From Dictyostelium discoideum (taxonomy: Eukaryota), in the NCBI GenBank assembly GCA_000004695.1, contig CM000155.2:800001-864000 (forward strand): 64,000 bases of DNA, given 5' to 3'. This document shows positions 11,762 through 33,385 of the stretch, in pieces; the first letter of the stretch is position 1, and each line of letters opens with the position of its first letter. The position numbers and the translations under genes are program-made. A model generated the notes under the pieces. That model ran no database searches. It was given only the letters and a program-made list of their open reading frames with translations, and was not told the DNA's origin.

Positions 11762-12097
11762 TTTTGTTTTTGTTGTTTTTGTTTTTTATTTATAAGTGTA
11801 TGGGTTTGGTATGTATGTGGTATGAGAGGGAGAGGAGAAGTAGAAGAAGAGAAGAGAAAGAAAAAAAAAAGCGATTGGTTATATAATATATATATATAGT
11901 GAGTGTGAAATTTGATAAATATAAATAATTGATTATTTATTTTTCGAAATTATTTTATAATATACAAAATAATATATATAAGTTTATTTTATTATGCGCT
12001 TAATAAATTATTGTTTTTTTTTTTTTTTTATGTATAAATATATTTATATGCGAATGCGTGCTCGCTAATTTTGAAATATTTTAAAAACCAAACAGTT

Positions 12098-12134
<37 letters not shown>

Positions 12135-12337
12135 TTTTTTTTTTTTTGTTTTTTTTTTTATTTTTTTTTTTTTTTTAAATTTTTTTTTTTTTTTTTTTTT
12201 TCACTTGAACTTCTTTTTTCAAAAATTAAAAAAAAAAAAAAAAAAAAATTTAAGTGCAAGCTTCTATTTTTTTATTTTTTTATCTTGATTGCAAACACCA
12301 ACCAAAATCATAAATTCTATTATAGAACTCAATAATT

Positions 12338-15402
<3,065 letters not shown>

Positions 15403-15671
15403 ATAATAGTAGTAATAATAATAATTTATTTAATTAAAAACACCACAATTAGAAATGTTTGATTTTTTTATTTTTTATTTTTTTTTTTATTATTTTATAA
15501 TTTTTACTAAAATCATTGATCATTTTAAAATCAAGATTTAGTAAATTTTTTTTGTTATTAATATTATTCTATTAATTATTTCGATCTAAAATATAAATAT
15601 ATACATAAATATATTTTTTTTTTTTTTGTTTTGTTTTTTTTTTGTTTTTTTTTTGTTTTTTTTTGTTTTTT

Positions 15672-19063
<3,392 letters not shown>

Positions 19064-19812
19064 CTCTTTTTTTTTTTTTTATTTATTAATTTATTTATTT
19101 ATTAATTTATTTATTTATTTATTTATTTATTTGTTTATATATATATAAAAAAAAAAAAAAACGAGGGTGGATGAAGATGATAAAAAAAAAAAAAAAAAAA
19201 TAAAAAAAAATTTTGAATTTATAAAAAAAAAAATTTCATTTGTAAAATTTTTTTCTGTGGGATTGGCGCCAAATGACTATAAATAAAAATAAAAATTAAA
19301 AAAAGGAGAAAGAAGAAAAAACTAACCTAAAAAATAACAATTTTGGATAAAAAAAAAAAAATAAATAAAAAATAAAAAATATAAATAGAGATATTATTTA
19401 TTTATTTATTAATTTTTTTTTGTTTACTATTATTTTTTTTTGGTAACAATTAGATCCACATTTTCAATGGTTTTTTTTTTTTTTTTTTTTTTTTTTTTGT
19501 TTAGGGTCTAAATTTCAAGTTGTTAATTTGTATTATATTTTGAGTCCACTCTCCAATCATTTTCAAATAAAAACATTGGTGAATTTTTTTTTAATTTTTT
19601 TTTTTTTTTTTTTTTTTCTCCTAACTGAAAAAAAAAAAAAAAACACAAAATATCTTTTTATTTTTTTATTTTTTTTTTATTTTTTTTTTTGTTAAAAATA
19701 AAGTAATTTTGGTTGTATTTTTAAAAGTGACTTGTAAAATTAAAAAAATAAAATAAAATAAAATAATATAGTAATAATAATAAAATAAAGAATAAAAAAA
19801 AAAATAAAAAAA

Positions 19813-22073
<2,261 letters not shown>

Positions 22074-22399
22074 ATTAATTTTAAAATTATAATAATTTAA
22101 TTATTTTAAAAAAAAAAAAAAAATCTATATTTATATATAAACAATAAACCTCTTTTGTAAAAACATCCAAAAAAAAAAAAAAAAAAAAAAAAAAATAAAA
22201 ATAAAAATAAAATAATATAAATATATATTTTTTTTTTTAATATAAAAGAACATTTTATTTAAAGGAAATTAATTTTTAAATATTTATAATTGGAGAATGT
22301 ATAGTTATTATTAATTATTATTATTATTATTATTATTTTTTTACTTTTGAAGATAGAAAGAGAGAGAATTTACAATAATTTTAAAAAATAAAAAAAAAA

Positions 22400-22434
<35 letters not shown>

Positions 22435-22586
22435 CCAAGGAAAGGGTATTAATTACAATATGGACATTTTTTTTTTTTTTTTTCTTTGTTTTTTTTTTTT
22501 TTTAGAATAATTTTCTTTGAAGTCTATATAATGTAGATGTTGAACGCTAAATTAAATTATTAAAGTGATTAGTATAAGTAATATTT

Positions 22587-23633
22587 TTATTTTAAAAAAA
22601 AAAAAAAAAAAAAACTTACTTTTAAAGTTATAACAGATTGTAATTTATCATATTTTAAAAGTGATTGAATTGTAATTCTTTTTGTATGATCAGGATTCAT
22701 CATTAAAATGATTAAATCTTTTAGATCTTGAGAGATTGAATCATCATTTTCGGGAAAAGGTATCTTACCTTCACGTAAATTTCTCCACCATTGACCTTTT
22801 TGAGGAAGGTTATAATTGGTTGCCATTTCATAAAGTGTTATACCTAAACTAAAGATATCAGCAGATGGTGTATGAATATCATTTAATAATTCAGGAGCCA
22901 TATAGATTTGGTCACCTTCAGAATCATCACCACCCGTTGTTGTACTGCAAACGCCGAAATCACCAATTTTTAAAACTCCATCATTTGAAAAAAGTAAATT
23001 CTCAGGCTTGATATCTAAATGCATTATACCCTTTTCATGCACATGTGATAGACCATTGGCGATATCGCAAAGGTATTGCCAAATCATGTATTCGGGTAGC
23101 TTGCCAAGACCACCCTCCTCCTGAACTGCTAAATTCAGGGCATCCTTTAGGTTGCCACGCTCGCATAGCTCCATTTGTATGAAAATGTGTCCGCCCTCTT
23201 CCCATGCACACATCACCTGTGCTATATTATTGTGGTGGCCTAGTTTCATGCCGTTTTCAATCTCTTGAATGTGTTGATTTCTTTCAGAGGTTTCCCAAAT
23301 TGGTTTCTTTGATTTCTTGACTGCATACAAACGACCATCCACAAAACTACGTGCTTTATAAACTTTTGCAAAACTTCCCTCTCCAATTTGATTGATATAT
23401 TCGAAATGGGAACTACAAGATTTGGTTCTCTTCTTTTGTGTTAAAAATTGTACACCTGCTTGATTCTTTGTTGGTGTACGTAGTGGAGTTTTCGTTGGTG
23501 TCTTTGGACAAACTTTTGGTGTTCTTGGTGTTTCTGGTGATCTATTCTCATTATTTTCATCTTCATTCTTTTGTTTCTTTGATACTAATTCACTTTTATC
23601 TTCAAATGCACTTTGATCTGGTAGAGGTCTCAT
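22587..23633 (-). CDS. Wee1/Myt1-family protein kinase (Cdk-inhibitory kinase). A further short 3' exon is possible (approx. 22507..22548).
   Basis: Kinase subdomains read IGEGSFAKVYKA, AVKKSKK, HLDIKPENLLF, KIGDFGV, YMAPELL. Wee1/Myt1-like features are Pro/Thr-rich N-terminus with TP sites and GxxWxxLRxGxxP. ORF ends ...ITLK followed by GTAAGT on the minus strand, suggesting a 3' intron. Confidence 0.8.
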   Translation of the reverse strand: MRPLPDQSAFEDKSELVSKKQKNEDENNENRSPETPRTPKVCPKTPTKTPLRTPTKNQAGVQFLTQKKRTKSCSSHFEYINQIGEGSFAKVYKARSFVDGRLYAVKKSKKPIWETSERNQHIQEIENGMKLGHHNNIAQVMCAWEEGGHIFIQMELCERGNLKDALNLAVQEEGGLGKLPEYMIWQYLCDIANGLSHVHEKGIMHLDIKPENLLFSNDGVLKIGDFGVCSTTTGGDDSEGDQIYMAPELLNDIHTPSADIFSLGITLYEMATNYNLPQKGQWWRNLREGKIPFPENDDSISQDLKDLIILMMNPDHTKRITIQSLLKYDKLQSVITLKVSFFFFFFLK

Positions 23634-23660
23634 TTTATTTATTTTGATTTATTTATATAT

Positions 23661-23715
<55 letters not shown>

Positions 23716-23856
23716 TTATTATTTACCCTAAATTTAAAATAACTATTTTTAGAAAAAAAAAAATAAAAAATAAAAAAGATTGGTATTGATATTAATATTA
23801 ATTTATTTGGAAAAATAAAATAAAATTAAAAAATTGTTGATTAGAGGAGAAAAGAG

Positions 23857-23911
<55 letters not shown>
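23857..23911. repeat. Poly(A) homopolymer, ~55 nt, intergenic
   Basis: Direct reading. Confidence 0.95.
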
Positions 23912-23915
<4 letters not shown>

Positions 23916-25419
23916 GAAAGGTTTATTACTAACCTATTTATTTAATATAAAATTTATAATAAAAAAAAAAAATTTAAAATAAAAAAAAAAAAAATAAAAA
24001 AAAAAATTTGCAAATTAAAAATAAATTAAAATTTTTGATTGGTAAATTATGTTTATTTTTATATTTTTTCTAATTTTTTTTCTAATTTTTTTTTAATTTC
24101 CTGGAAGTGAATCTCAAATATGTGGTGGTACTTTTTTTTTTTTTTATTTATGAGAAAAAAACATTTAAGTACATACACAATATCTTTTTGGATATTTTTT
24201 AAAAGTTAATTAAAAAAAAAAGAAGGAAATAGGGAAAAAAAAAAAATAATAAATGTTTTATAGCTATTTCTTTTTTATTTGTTTTAAATTTTTATTTATT
24301 TTTATTTATTTATTTTTGTTTTTGTTTTTGTTTTTGTTTTTGTTTTTGTTTTTGTTTTTGTTTTTGTTTTTGTTTTTGATAAAAAAAAAAAAAAAAAATC
24401 TTTTTGGGTTATTGTAATGAAATTTAAAAATAAAAACCCCTTTTATTGCGATTATTTAATAATAATAAAAAAAAAAAAAAAAAAAAATTAAATTATTGAA
24501 CAATTGTTGAATTGTTTTTTTTTTTGTTTTTTTTTTTTTTAAAAAATAATTAAAAAAAAAAAAGAAAAAAAAAAAAAAAAAAAAAAAAAACACTGTTTAA
24601 TCTGGTGGCCAAAAGAAAATATAACTAAAAAAAAAAAAAAAAAGGCGGGAACTTGTGAATTGAGGAGTGATGGTGATATGATATGATATGATATGTCATG
24701 ATTTTATTTTTTGGATTGGGTGTATGTAGTTTTTGAATTTTAATTTTATTATCTTTTTTTTTATTTTTTTTTTTTTTTTTGTGTTTGCATATATGAAACT
24801 ATTATTTTTTATTATTTTACTTATTATTAATTTATTATCATTATTTTTTTTTTATTTTTTTTTTTTTTTTATTATTTTATTTATTATTAAAGAAAAAGAA
24901 AAAATAATAATAATAATAATAAAAAAAAAAAGATTTATTTATTTTTACTTTACCTAAAATGTTTAAATTATTTTTAACTTGATAGTGAATGTGTGTGTGT
25001 ATGTGTGTATGTGTGTATGAGATTAATTAAAATGAAATTTTATTGAATATATATATAAAATAAAGTAATAAAGTTGTGAATATTTATTTGATTTTTGTAA
25101 CCGTTATAATTGTTGTTGAAAAAATAAAATTAAAAAAAAAAAAAAAAAAAAAAATAAAAAAAATGTGGAAGGATTTTTTTTTTGAATTTGAAAATAAAAT
25201 ATTTTTTTAATTTTTTTAACAGCTTTTGGCGGGAATTTTCGCGAATGGGAAAATGATTTGTTTTTTTTTAATTTTTTCAAAAAAAAAAAAATTAATAAAA
25301 AAAAGGAATGAATCTATGTGCCAAAAATATTTGGAAAAATAGAATCTAGATTAAATATTATTATAAAAAATTGAAAATTTGAATGAATTTAAAACTGATT
25401 AAAGGCGATAAAAATAGTT

Positions 25420-25462
<43 letters not shown>

Positions 25463-25605
25463 AATTTGAGGAGTTTTCCTATTAATTTTAAAAACTCTTA
25501 TCAACAAACAATTAGGAATTTTTTTTCTTTTTTTCCTTTTTATTTTTTTATTTAATGACTAAATTCAAAAATTGCAGGGTCATGTTTATATTATATATTA
25601 TTTTT

Positions 25606-25636
<31 letters not shown>

Positions 25637-25935
25637 CGTTGATAAAAACATATACTTGATATATCTCACATTAAAAATAAAATATTTTTATTAAAAAAAA
25701 CACTGAATGGTTAAATTAATTTTTTTTATATTTTATATAATTTTGTGTATTTTTGAGTGTTCCATTTGTAGTATATACTAAATTCATAAAAAAATAAAAT
25801 TAAATCATTGTTAAAAAAAATAGAAAATGAATGAAAATATTTTTTTTTTTTTTTTTTTTTTGCAAAACTAAAATTTATTTTTGTGCTCAATAAATTTTTT
25901 TTTTTTTATTTTCATTTTTTTTATTTTTAGAAAAA

Positions 25936-27155
25936 ATGAGCGCACTTGGTGAATCAAATAACAAACAAAATGGCAAAGAGATATTACATAATTATGTAAC
26001 TAAGAAATTAACAAGTCAACCATACAGTTGTCAATGGATACCAACTTCATGTTCAGTGGTTACAGTTGGTAAAAAGACATCAGGTGGTATCTCAAAAGGT
26101 GATATTAAAATTCATCAATTAGAATTTGATGATACCTCTGGTGACCCAAAATTAAATTTAGTCTATGAAGTATGAGCCGTCATTATTATAATTATAAATT
26201 CAATCTTTTTAATATTCTAACATATATTATAATAAATAATTAAGAATGAATTTACAAATCCATTTAGATGTCTATCATTTTTTAAACAAGCAAATCAATT
26301 ACAACAACAAGATAATAGAAAATTTATAACAGGTGATTTTAATGGACAAATTTCAGAATGGGATTCAGATATATGTGATATACCAATATGGGGTGTTAAA
26401 GGTGCTCATCAAGGTTCAATATCAGCAATTGATGCATATGCTGATAATTTAGTAGTTTGTGGTGGTAAAGATGGTACAATTAAAGTATATGATACAAGAA
26501 TAAAGCCGAATAGTGCTAATGATAATAATGGTAATAATTCATCACCAATATCAACATTTGAACAAACCAATAAAAGTAATTGTTGGTCAATTTGTACAAA
26601 TGATAATAATATTATAGCAGGCTTTGAAAATGGTGATTTAAATATATACAATTTAAAAACCAATTCAATTCAATCAACAACTAAATTAAATGGTGGAATT
26701 TGTTCAATAGATTCAAATGATAGATCAAATATTTTAAATCAATTTTTAATTACAACAAATAAATCTTTTATTTCAATTGCTTCATTTAATAATAATAATA
26801 ATAATAATATTGAATTTAAAGATTATGATATTAATAAAGTATGTGTAAATAAAATAAAATTTTTAATTTTAATATTAATATTAACATTTTAATTTTTAAA
26901 AAATTTTAGGAACCTAATCAAACTATATGGTCAGGAATTTATTCACCATGGAATAAAAAAGATAATGAAAATATATTTACAATTGCTCAAGGTGATGGTT
27001 CAGTTTCAATGTATAGGGATGATTGTAAATTAATTGATAAAGTTTTAGTTTCAGATTTACCAATACTTTCATTGGATTATAGTAAAGATAGAAAAGGTTT
27101 ATTATGTTGTATATCTTTAAAAAAACAATTATCAATTTTAATTTCACCTTGTTAA
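25936..27155 (+). CDS. WD40-repeat protein. Three exons: join(25936..26169,26245..26838,26910..27155), ~357 aa.
   Basis: Exon 1 ends VYE then GTATGA. Exon 2 carries WD-like units (GAHQGSISAIDAYADNLVVCGGKDGTIKVYDTR; CWSICTNDNNIIAGFENGDLNIYNL) and ends DINK then GTATGT. Exon 3 follows acceptor TTTTAG. All junctions are phase 0. Confidence 0.65.
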
Positions 27156-27280
27156 TTAAATTTTAAGAAAAATAAATTTGGTTTTTTTTTTTTTTTTTTT
27201 TTTTTTTTCTTTATAATACATAAAAAAAAAAAAAAATAAAAAGAAGTAATATTTTATTATTATTGTTTTTTTTAAAAAAA

Positions 27281-29158
27281 TTAATTAATTAAAAATTTTT
27301 CATCATCATCATTATTATCATTATCATCAACATCAAATAATAATGGTACTTTTTGTTTTGCTTTAATTGAATCACTACTACAATTGATATATTTAATTTT
27401 GGCAATTTCAGTTGGTATCATAAATATTGAGACTATTAAGATGAATATTGAGAAAGAGAATGCAAATGCAAAGATTGGTAATTGGTCACCTTTCTTGTCG
27501 GAATATAGTGCGCTACAGAATAGTGGACCGACAACACGACCTAATGAACCTGCTGATGTGATGATACTAATTAGTAGACCTTGAGATGCGTTACCGATTG
27601 TATTTGATAAAACTTTGGAAAAAATTGAGACGATTACAGTTTGAGAAATTGGGAAACCAATACCATAGACGAATAGATAACTTAGCATATATCTAGTCCA
27701 TGTTAAATGATGTGCCATTGAAATGAAACAACCAATTGCAACACAAACATTACCAAAATTGTAAATCCAATAATCGTGAATGATTTCTTTTTTACTTGCC
27801 CAACTAATTAACAATAGGAAAAAGATACCAACGAATCCAAGTCCACCGAAAAAGTATCCACTTCCACTATCGATATTCATTCCATTGCTATCACTTGAAC
27901 CTGAACCTGAATTTGAAAATGAGTCGGAGGAAAGGTCAGTTACTGCTGAATTGGAATTCAAACTATCATATAATGGTGTACCCAATGTTTCATAAATACC
28001 AAGCACAGCTCTAATAAAGAAATTTAATAAAACGAATATTATTAAACTAATTAATGCCCGTTTATCTTTTAATATAATTTTATAAATATTTTCTTTTTTT
28101 TCTTTTTCTTTTTCTTTTTCTTCATTTAATGTCGACGATGCATCACAAATTGAACCACTATTACTAATACCAAAATTCATTTCCATAATTGTATTTTCAT
28201 CACCATTTGTAATTTCTTCAGCAACTCCAGTATTTCCTGAATTGTCATCTTCAAAATTATTTATTGCTTTAATTGAATTACTACTTGCTGATAGGTAGTA
28301 TTGTTCTTCAATATCTCTTGTCATGGATACTAAATTATTGGTACTATTATTATTTGCACCACCTTTATTTTCAAAACCATTATTTTTTCTAACTGTAGTT
28401 GGTTGGGTGGATTTTGGATTTTTAAAGAAATAAAGAATAGTTAAAAGTAATAGGAAATTTTGGAAACCTAAAAACCAACCTGGTGATGTTAAATAATCAA
28501 TATCAACTGTACCAATTTTAAAAGCAGGGAGAAATGAAAGGAATGATCCAACAATTGGTGATACTGCATAACCCAAGAATTGGACTGCTGCAGAGAGAGA
28601 AATTAATGCTGTACGCTCTGCAACCTCTGTAACATCAGTAATAAATGATCTACCAACACTTAGTGTACCTGCACCAAATCCTAATACTGCTCTTGATGCA
28701 ACCACTGATATCTCACCGAATTTGGCACTTCCATGATCCAAATATGCAAATGAATACCAAAATGAACCAATAATACAAAATATAATTGAAACTGAAAATA
28801 TCTTTTTATAATAACTATTTGATGATATAAATCCTAATCCAATGGTTGCAACTAATCTACCAAAACTAAAACTTGAAATTACCAAACCCAATAATGATGC
28901 ATCTCCAACTCCACCAATTAAATTTGAATATGCAGGTGCACTTGGTACAATAATTCCTCTAGCAAACTCTTGAAAAAAAAAAATTGCAAAAACAATTCCA
29001 ATTGATACTTTTCTATCTCTTTTATTTAAACCACCAATCTTTTTTTCTTCAATAATATTACCACCACCACTACCAGGGACACCACCATTTTTTTTAAAAT
29101 CAAATAAATCTTGTTTTTCAAAATTTAATTCAATTCCACTTTTAATATTTTCGCTCAT
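27281..29158 (-). CDS. Major facilitator superfamily (MFS) transporter, about 12 TM segments, with a large Ser/Asn-rich central loop.
   Basis: 625-aa ORF. Hydrophobic segments read IGIVFAIFFFQEFARGIIVPSAP, GRLVATIGLGFISS, AVLGFGAGTLSVGRS. Second 6-TM half follows after the loop. Confidence 0.75.
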   Translation of the reverse strand: MSENIKSGIELNFEKQDLFDFKKNGGVPGSGGGNIIEEKKIGGLNKRDRKVSIGIVFAIFFFQEFARGIIVPSAPAYSNLIGGVGDASLLGLVISSFSFGRLVATIGLGFISSNSYYKKIFSVSIIFCIIGSFWYSFAYLDHGSAKFGEISVVASRAVLGFGAGTLSVGRSFITDVTEVAERTALISLSAAVQFLGYAVSPIVGSFLSFLPAFKIGTVDIDYLTSPGWFLGFQNFLLLLTILYFFKNPKSTQPTTVRKNNGFENKGGANNNSTNNLVSMTRDIEEQYYLSASSNSIKAINNFEDDNSGNTGVAEEITNGDENTIMEMNFGISNSGSICDASSTLNEEKEKEKEKKENIYKIILKDKRALISLIIFVLLNFFIRAVLGIYETLGTPLYDSLNSNSAVTDLSSDSFSNSGSGSSDSNGMNIDSGSGYFFGGLGFVGIFFLLLISWASKKEIIHDYWIYNFGNVCVAIGCFISMAHHLTWTRYMLSYLFVYGIGFPISQTVIVSIFSKVLSNTIGNASQGLLISIITSAGSLGRVVGPLFCSALYSDKKGDQLPIFAFAFSFSIFILIVSIFMIPTEIAKIKYINCSSDSIKAKQKVPLLFDVDDNDNNDDDEKFLIN

Positions 29159-29435
29159 TTTATTTATTTATTTTATTTATTTATTTATTTATTTTTATTT
29201 TATTTTATTTATTTTTATTTTATTTTATTTATTTTTATTTTATTTATTTATTTTATTTATTTATTTATTTATTATTTTTTTTGTATTTTTTTTTCGAAAC
29301 TATTAATTTTTTTTTTTTTTTTTAAAAAAATTATATTTTTATAATTTATTCAAAGGTGATTTTATAATTTTTTTATTTTTTTTTTTATTCTTTTTTTTTT
29401 CTTATTAACTTCTTTTGGCTTACACACCAACTGCA

Positions 29436-29474
<39 letters not shown>

Positions 29475-29955
29475 GTTTTTTTTTTTTTATTAAAAAAAAA
29501 CAGGTCAGAAAATAAGAAGATATTAATATTTTTCAATTTTTTTTTCATTTTTTTGAACAATTGTGTAGCCCATAAAATACTTTTTTTTATTTTTTTTCCA
29601 TATCTTTTTGCCACATCAGAATTTTATTAAAAATAAATTTTTTTTCTTTTTTTTTTTTGATCAGATTTTCAGACCTTTTTTTTTTCTTCACTTTTTCTTT
29701 TTTATTTTAATTTTTTTTATTTTTTTTTTACAATTCCACTAAATGAGTTAAAAAACCAAAAATCAAACAAAATGAAATAATTGCAGAAATAAATTTTTAT
29801 TTTCTTTGTTTTTCCAATTTTTATACCATTCTTTTATTTATAAATAATTTATTTTATTAATCTATTTATCTATTTTTTTTTTAATATTTCACCGATTATT
29901 TTTAATCTCAAATTTGATTTTTCTAAATTATTTTTACAATTGCAAAAAAAAATCT

Positions 29956-29993
<38 letters not shown>

Positions 29994-30127
29994 AATTTCC
30001 ATTTTTTTTATTATTCTGATATAATCTCTTAATTGTGAAAAATGATTCTATTGAGGGCCTCTATTTTTTTTCTTTTTCTTTTTTATTTCTTTTTATTTTC
30101 TTTTTATTACATTATTTATTTTCATTG

Positions 30128-30169
<42 letters not shown>

Positions 30170-30319
30170 GGGAGAGCAGTTCGTTATTTAATTGTTTTAG
30201 AGTAATGTAAGTTGTTTTTATATCTATCCACACTCATACAATTTAAACCTACTACTATCNTTGTTTGACTGAAAAATTTTTTTAATTTTTTTTTTTAAAA
30301 TTTTTTGGGCAAACATAAA

Positions 30320-30350
<31 letters not shown>

Positions 30351-30928
30351 GAATAACTTTAAACCTTTTATTTAATAGCATAAATCAACTCAATTATTTT
30401 TCAAGAAAATCATTTTCATTGTATAATTACAAAAAATAAAATAAAATAAAATTAAATAAAATTTAATTTCAACAAAAACCATTGAAATTTCAAAAAAAAA
30501 AAATAATTTTAAAAAATATCCATCTCTATGCTTTTCTTTAAAAATTATAAAAAAAAAGATAAAAATATCATGAAACAAAAAATTAGATATTTTATTACGT
30601 GTTAAAAAAATTTTTGAAAAACTAAGTTTTATTTTTGTATCAGTCTGATACAAATTTTGATAATTTTATAAAAAAAAAAAAGGTAATGACATCATCAGCG
30701 GGCTTGCCCGTAATTTTTAAATTTCTAATAATTTTTTAAATTTAGATATTTTAATGGTAAAAACAATTTTTTATTTTTTGCTGTGAATTTTTTTAAAATT
30801 ATTAGAATTGTAAATTATTTAAGAGTTTTTTTTTTTTTTTTCATTTTTATTTTTCATTCCAAACAAACTATCTGTAATATTAATTTTTATCTTTTTTTTT
30901 AAACAACAAACAACTTTTCAAATAAAAA

Positions 30929-31277
30929 ATGTGCAAATATTCAAGTGGATGTGGAACAAGCGATTCTAAAAATTGTAAGGCATGTGGCACTGCATTATGC
31001 AAAGGTTGTTCAAGATCATTAAAGACTGGAAGTAAGTAAAACAAAACCAATTTTTAAACATTAAAAAAAAACAAAAAAAAACAAAAAAAAAAAAAAAAAA
31101 TTGAAATTTCAAAACTCCACTCAAATAAACAAATAAGAAATTATAATCAAAATTAAATTTTGAAAATTTCATGAAACTAACAACTTTAATTTCATCAAAT
31201 AACAATTTTTCATCTCAGACCCAACACCAAGTGGAAATAGCGCTGCTTGTCCAGACTGCAAGAAAAACTATAGATAA
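30929..31277 (+). CDS. Small Cys-rich protein (53 aa, 8 Cys in CxxC pairs). Two exons: join(30929..31031,31219..31277). Not in the ORF track (<60 aa).
   Basis: ATG at 30929 gives MCKYSSGCGTSDSKNCKACGTALCKGCSRSLKTG then donor GTAAGT at 31032. The 187-nt AT-rich intron ends at acceptor CATCTCAG (31217-31218), phase 1. Exon 2 reads NPTPSGNSAACPDCKKNYR then stop. Exon GC is above intergenic background. Confidence 0.35.
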
Positions 31278-31880
31278 TTCTTTTTCAAATTTGATCTACT
31301 GTCATACTATTTTTAAATAAAGAGAAAATTTTTTCATTTTCTTTAACCATAATTTTTTCTTTAATAATTATTATATTTTTTTTCTTTTAATTATAATTTT
31401 TTTAAAAAGTTATTGAAAGTAAAATGTATTTTGGATTTTGTATATTTAAAAAACTGAAAGATTATATTTTTTTTTTTTTTTTTTCAAATTTAAAATGATT
31501 TAATTTTTTTTATTTTTAATATTAGTCAAGTATAAATATATAACACACAAAAATACACCAAATGATTTAAAATTAATCTAATCATTCTGTTTTTTTTTTT
31601 TTTTCAAAAAGTTTATTTTTAAAAATTAAATTATTTATTATTAATTTTTTGGCAGGTGTTTCTTTGAAGAACAACAGATGGGGGATTTATTTTTTTTTTT
31701 AACCCTTTTTAAATGAAAAAAAAAAAATTTTGATTGGGTGGGGTTTTTTTTTTAACAAATTTTTTTTTTTTTAGGTCCAATTTTAAAGTTTTAGAAGAAA
31801 AAAAAAAAAGGAAAATTTTCCTGGGTTTTAAAAATTTTTTTTTTTATTTAAATTAAGGATTTAAATTAAAAAAGGGAATT

Positions 31881-31930
<50 letters not shown>

Positions 31931-32119
31931 ATAATGTTTCATAGGTATTTTAATTCCTTATTTTATTTATATATTTATTTTTTATTTTATTTTATTATTA
32001 TTATTATTTTTTTTTTTAAACAATTATTAATTTATAAATAAACTTTTAAAGGTTCAACATTTGATGTTTTTTTTTTTTTTTTGTTTTTTTTTTTTTTTTG
32101 AATATTAACTTTAGTATTT

Positions 32120-33064
32120 TCAAGAGAATCTATTTGGATTAGTTGAATGATTTGCATTTGATTCAAATTTGATTAATTCATTCTTGGTAGTTTGATCGAG
32201 TTGATTGAAAACTGATTCAGGAGTAAATCTGTAGATGATATCCAAAATTTCTTGAGTATTTTCATTGGCACCATCATTGGTAGAACGAATTAAAATTTTA
32301 ATAGTTTTAGCACCCAATTCCAATGGTAAATTAGTTGGATAATTTTTTAATAAACCCAAGAATTGTGGTAAACAAGAAGTTTCGGCAGCCTTTGAGAAAC
32401 TATCCATGAATTTAGTAGTGATTGGAAAACGTGAACTATTGATTGAGAATAATTGATTTGCCAATTGAATATTGTCTCCACCTAATTTAAATAATTGAAT
32501 CAACACCTTGATCAATACATTATGTTTTGGGAAAATTTGGAATTTATCACTATGAATTAACATCTCTGCAAATAATGGGATTTGTGAAGTTCTGAGGAAT
32601 GCATAATAAATGTAGAGAATGTGTGATGATCTGAGGTAGTCTGGGTTGGGGTTTTTCATATACTTGAAGAATTTCAAAATTTGGTGTAACTCTTCCAATG
32701 TTTTAACTTTTTTAAACATTGTACCAATTAAACGACTTGAAAGTGCATGTTCTTTTTCAAACTTTTCTTTAATATTTTGTAATGCATGATCAAATGTTAA
32801 AGTATCAATTGAAATCTTACTTTGTTCAATAAATAATCTTTCTTTTTCTTGTTTTATAATTTTCTCTTCATCTTCTTTTTTATCTTTAATACCACCAAAT
32901 TTCTTTTTTGATAATGTTGCAAAATTTTGTTGTTGTTGGAATTTATTATTATTATTATTGATAATGGTTGAATTTAAATTTAATTTATTCACACTATAAA
33001 TATTTAAACTTTTATTTGATTTTATAACTAAATTTGGTAATCTTTTTACTAAATTATTCATCAT
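32120..33064 (-). CDS. Hypothetical protein (314 aa), possibly mitochondrial (basic N-terminal extension). No recognised domain.
   Basis: Single ORF starting MMNNLVKRLPNLVIKSNKSLNIYSV. Non-repetitive C-terminal two-thirds suggests a real gene. Confidence 0.45.
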   Translation of the reverse strand: MMNNLVKRLPNLVIKSNKSLNIYSVNKLNLNSTIINNNNNKFQQQQNFATLSKKKFGGIKDKKEDEEKIIKQEKERLFIEQSKISIDTLTFDHALQNIKEKFEKEHALSSRLIGTMFKKVKTLEELHQILKFFKYMKNPNPDYLRSSHILYIYYAFLRTSQIPLFAEMLIHSDKFQIFPKHNVLIKVLIQLFKLGGDNIQLANQLFSINSSRFPITTKFMDSFSKAAETSCLPQFLGLLKNYPTNLPLELGAKTIKILIRSTNDGANENTQEILDIIYRFTPESVFNQLDQTTKNELIKFESNANHSTNPNRFS

Positions 33065-33385
33065 TTTTTTTTTTTTTTATCCTTCTATATATGATTTCTT
33101 TTAAAATTAAAAGAATATTTGAGGAGTGGGGTTATGATGATAAAACGAAGAAAAAAGTTATTGATTGAAAATGAAAATATTCGTGAAAAAAAAAAAAAAT
33201 AAAAAAAAAATAAAAATAAAAAAAAAAAAAAAATAAAAAAAAAATGAAAAAAAAGTTTTGCTTTATTTTTTATTTTTTATTTTTTTTTTCAATAAATATC
33301 AAACGAAATTCAACACCACAACAAAAAAAAAATTAAATTCTAAAAATATAACACATTAAAAAATTTATTTTTATATATATAAATT

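Noticed and set aside
31670-31900. Intergenic patch with scattered G clusters (gggggattt, gggtggggttttttttt, cctgggtttt, aaagggaattaagg)
   Set aside because: No tRNA, ORF or repeat structure found. The pattern resembles low-quality homopolymer-adjacent sequence, so treated as a probable sequencing artefact rather than a feature.
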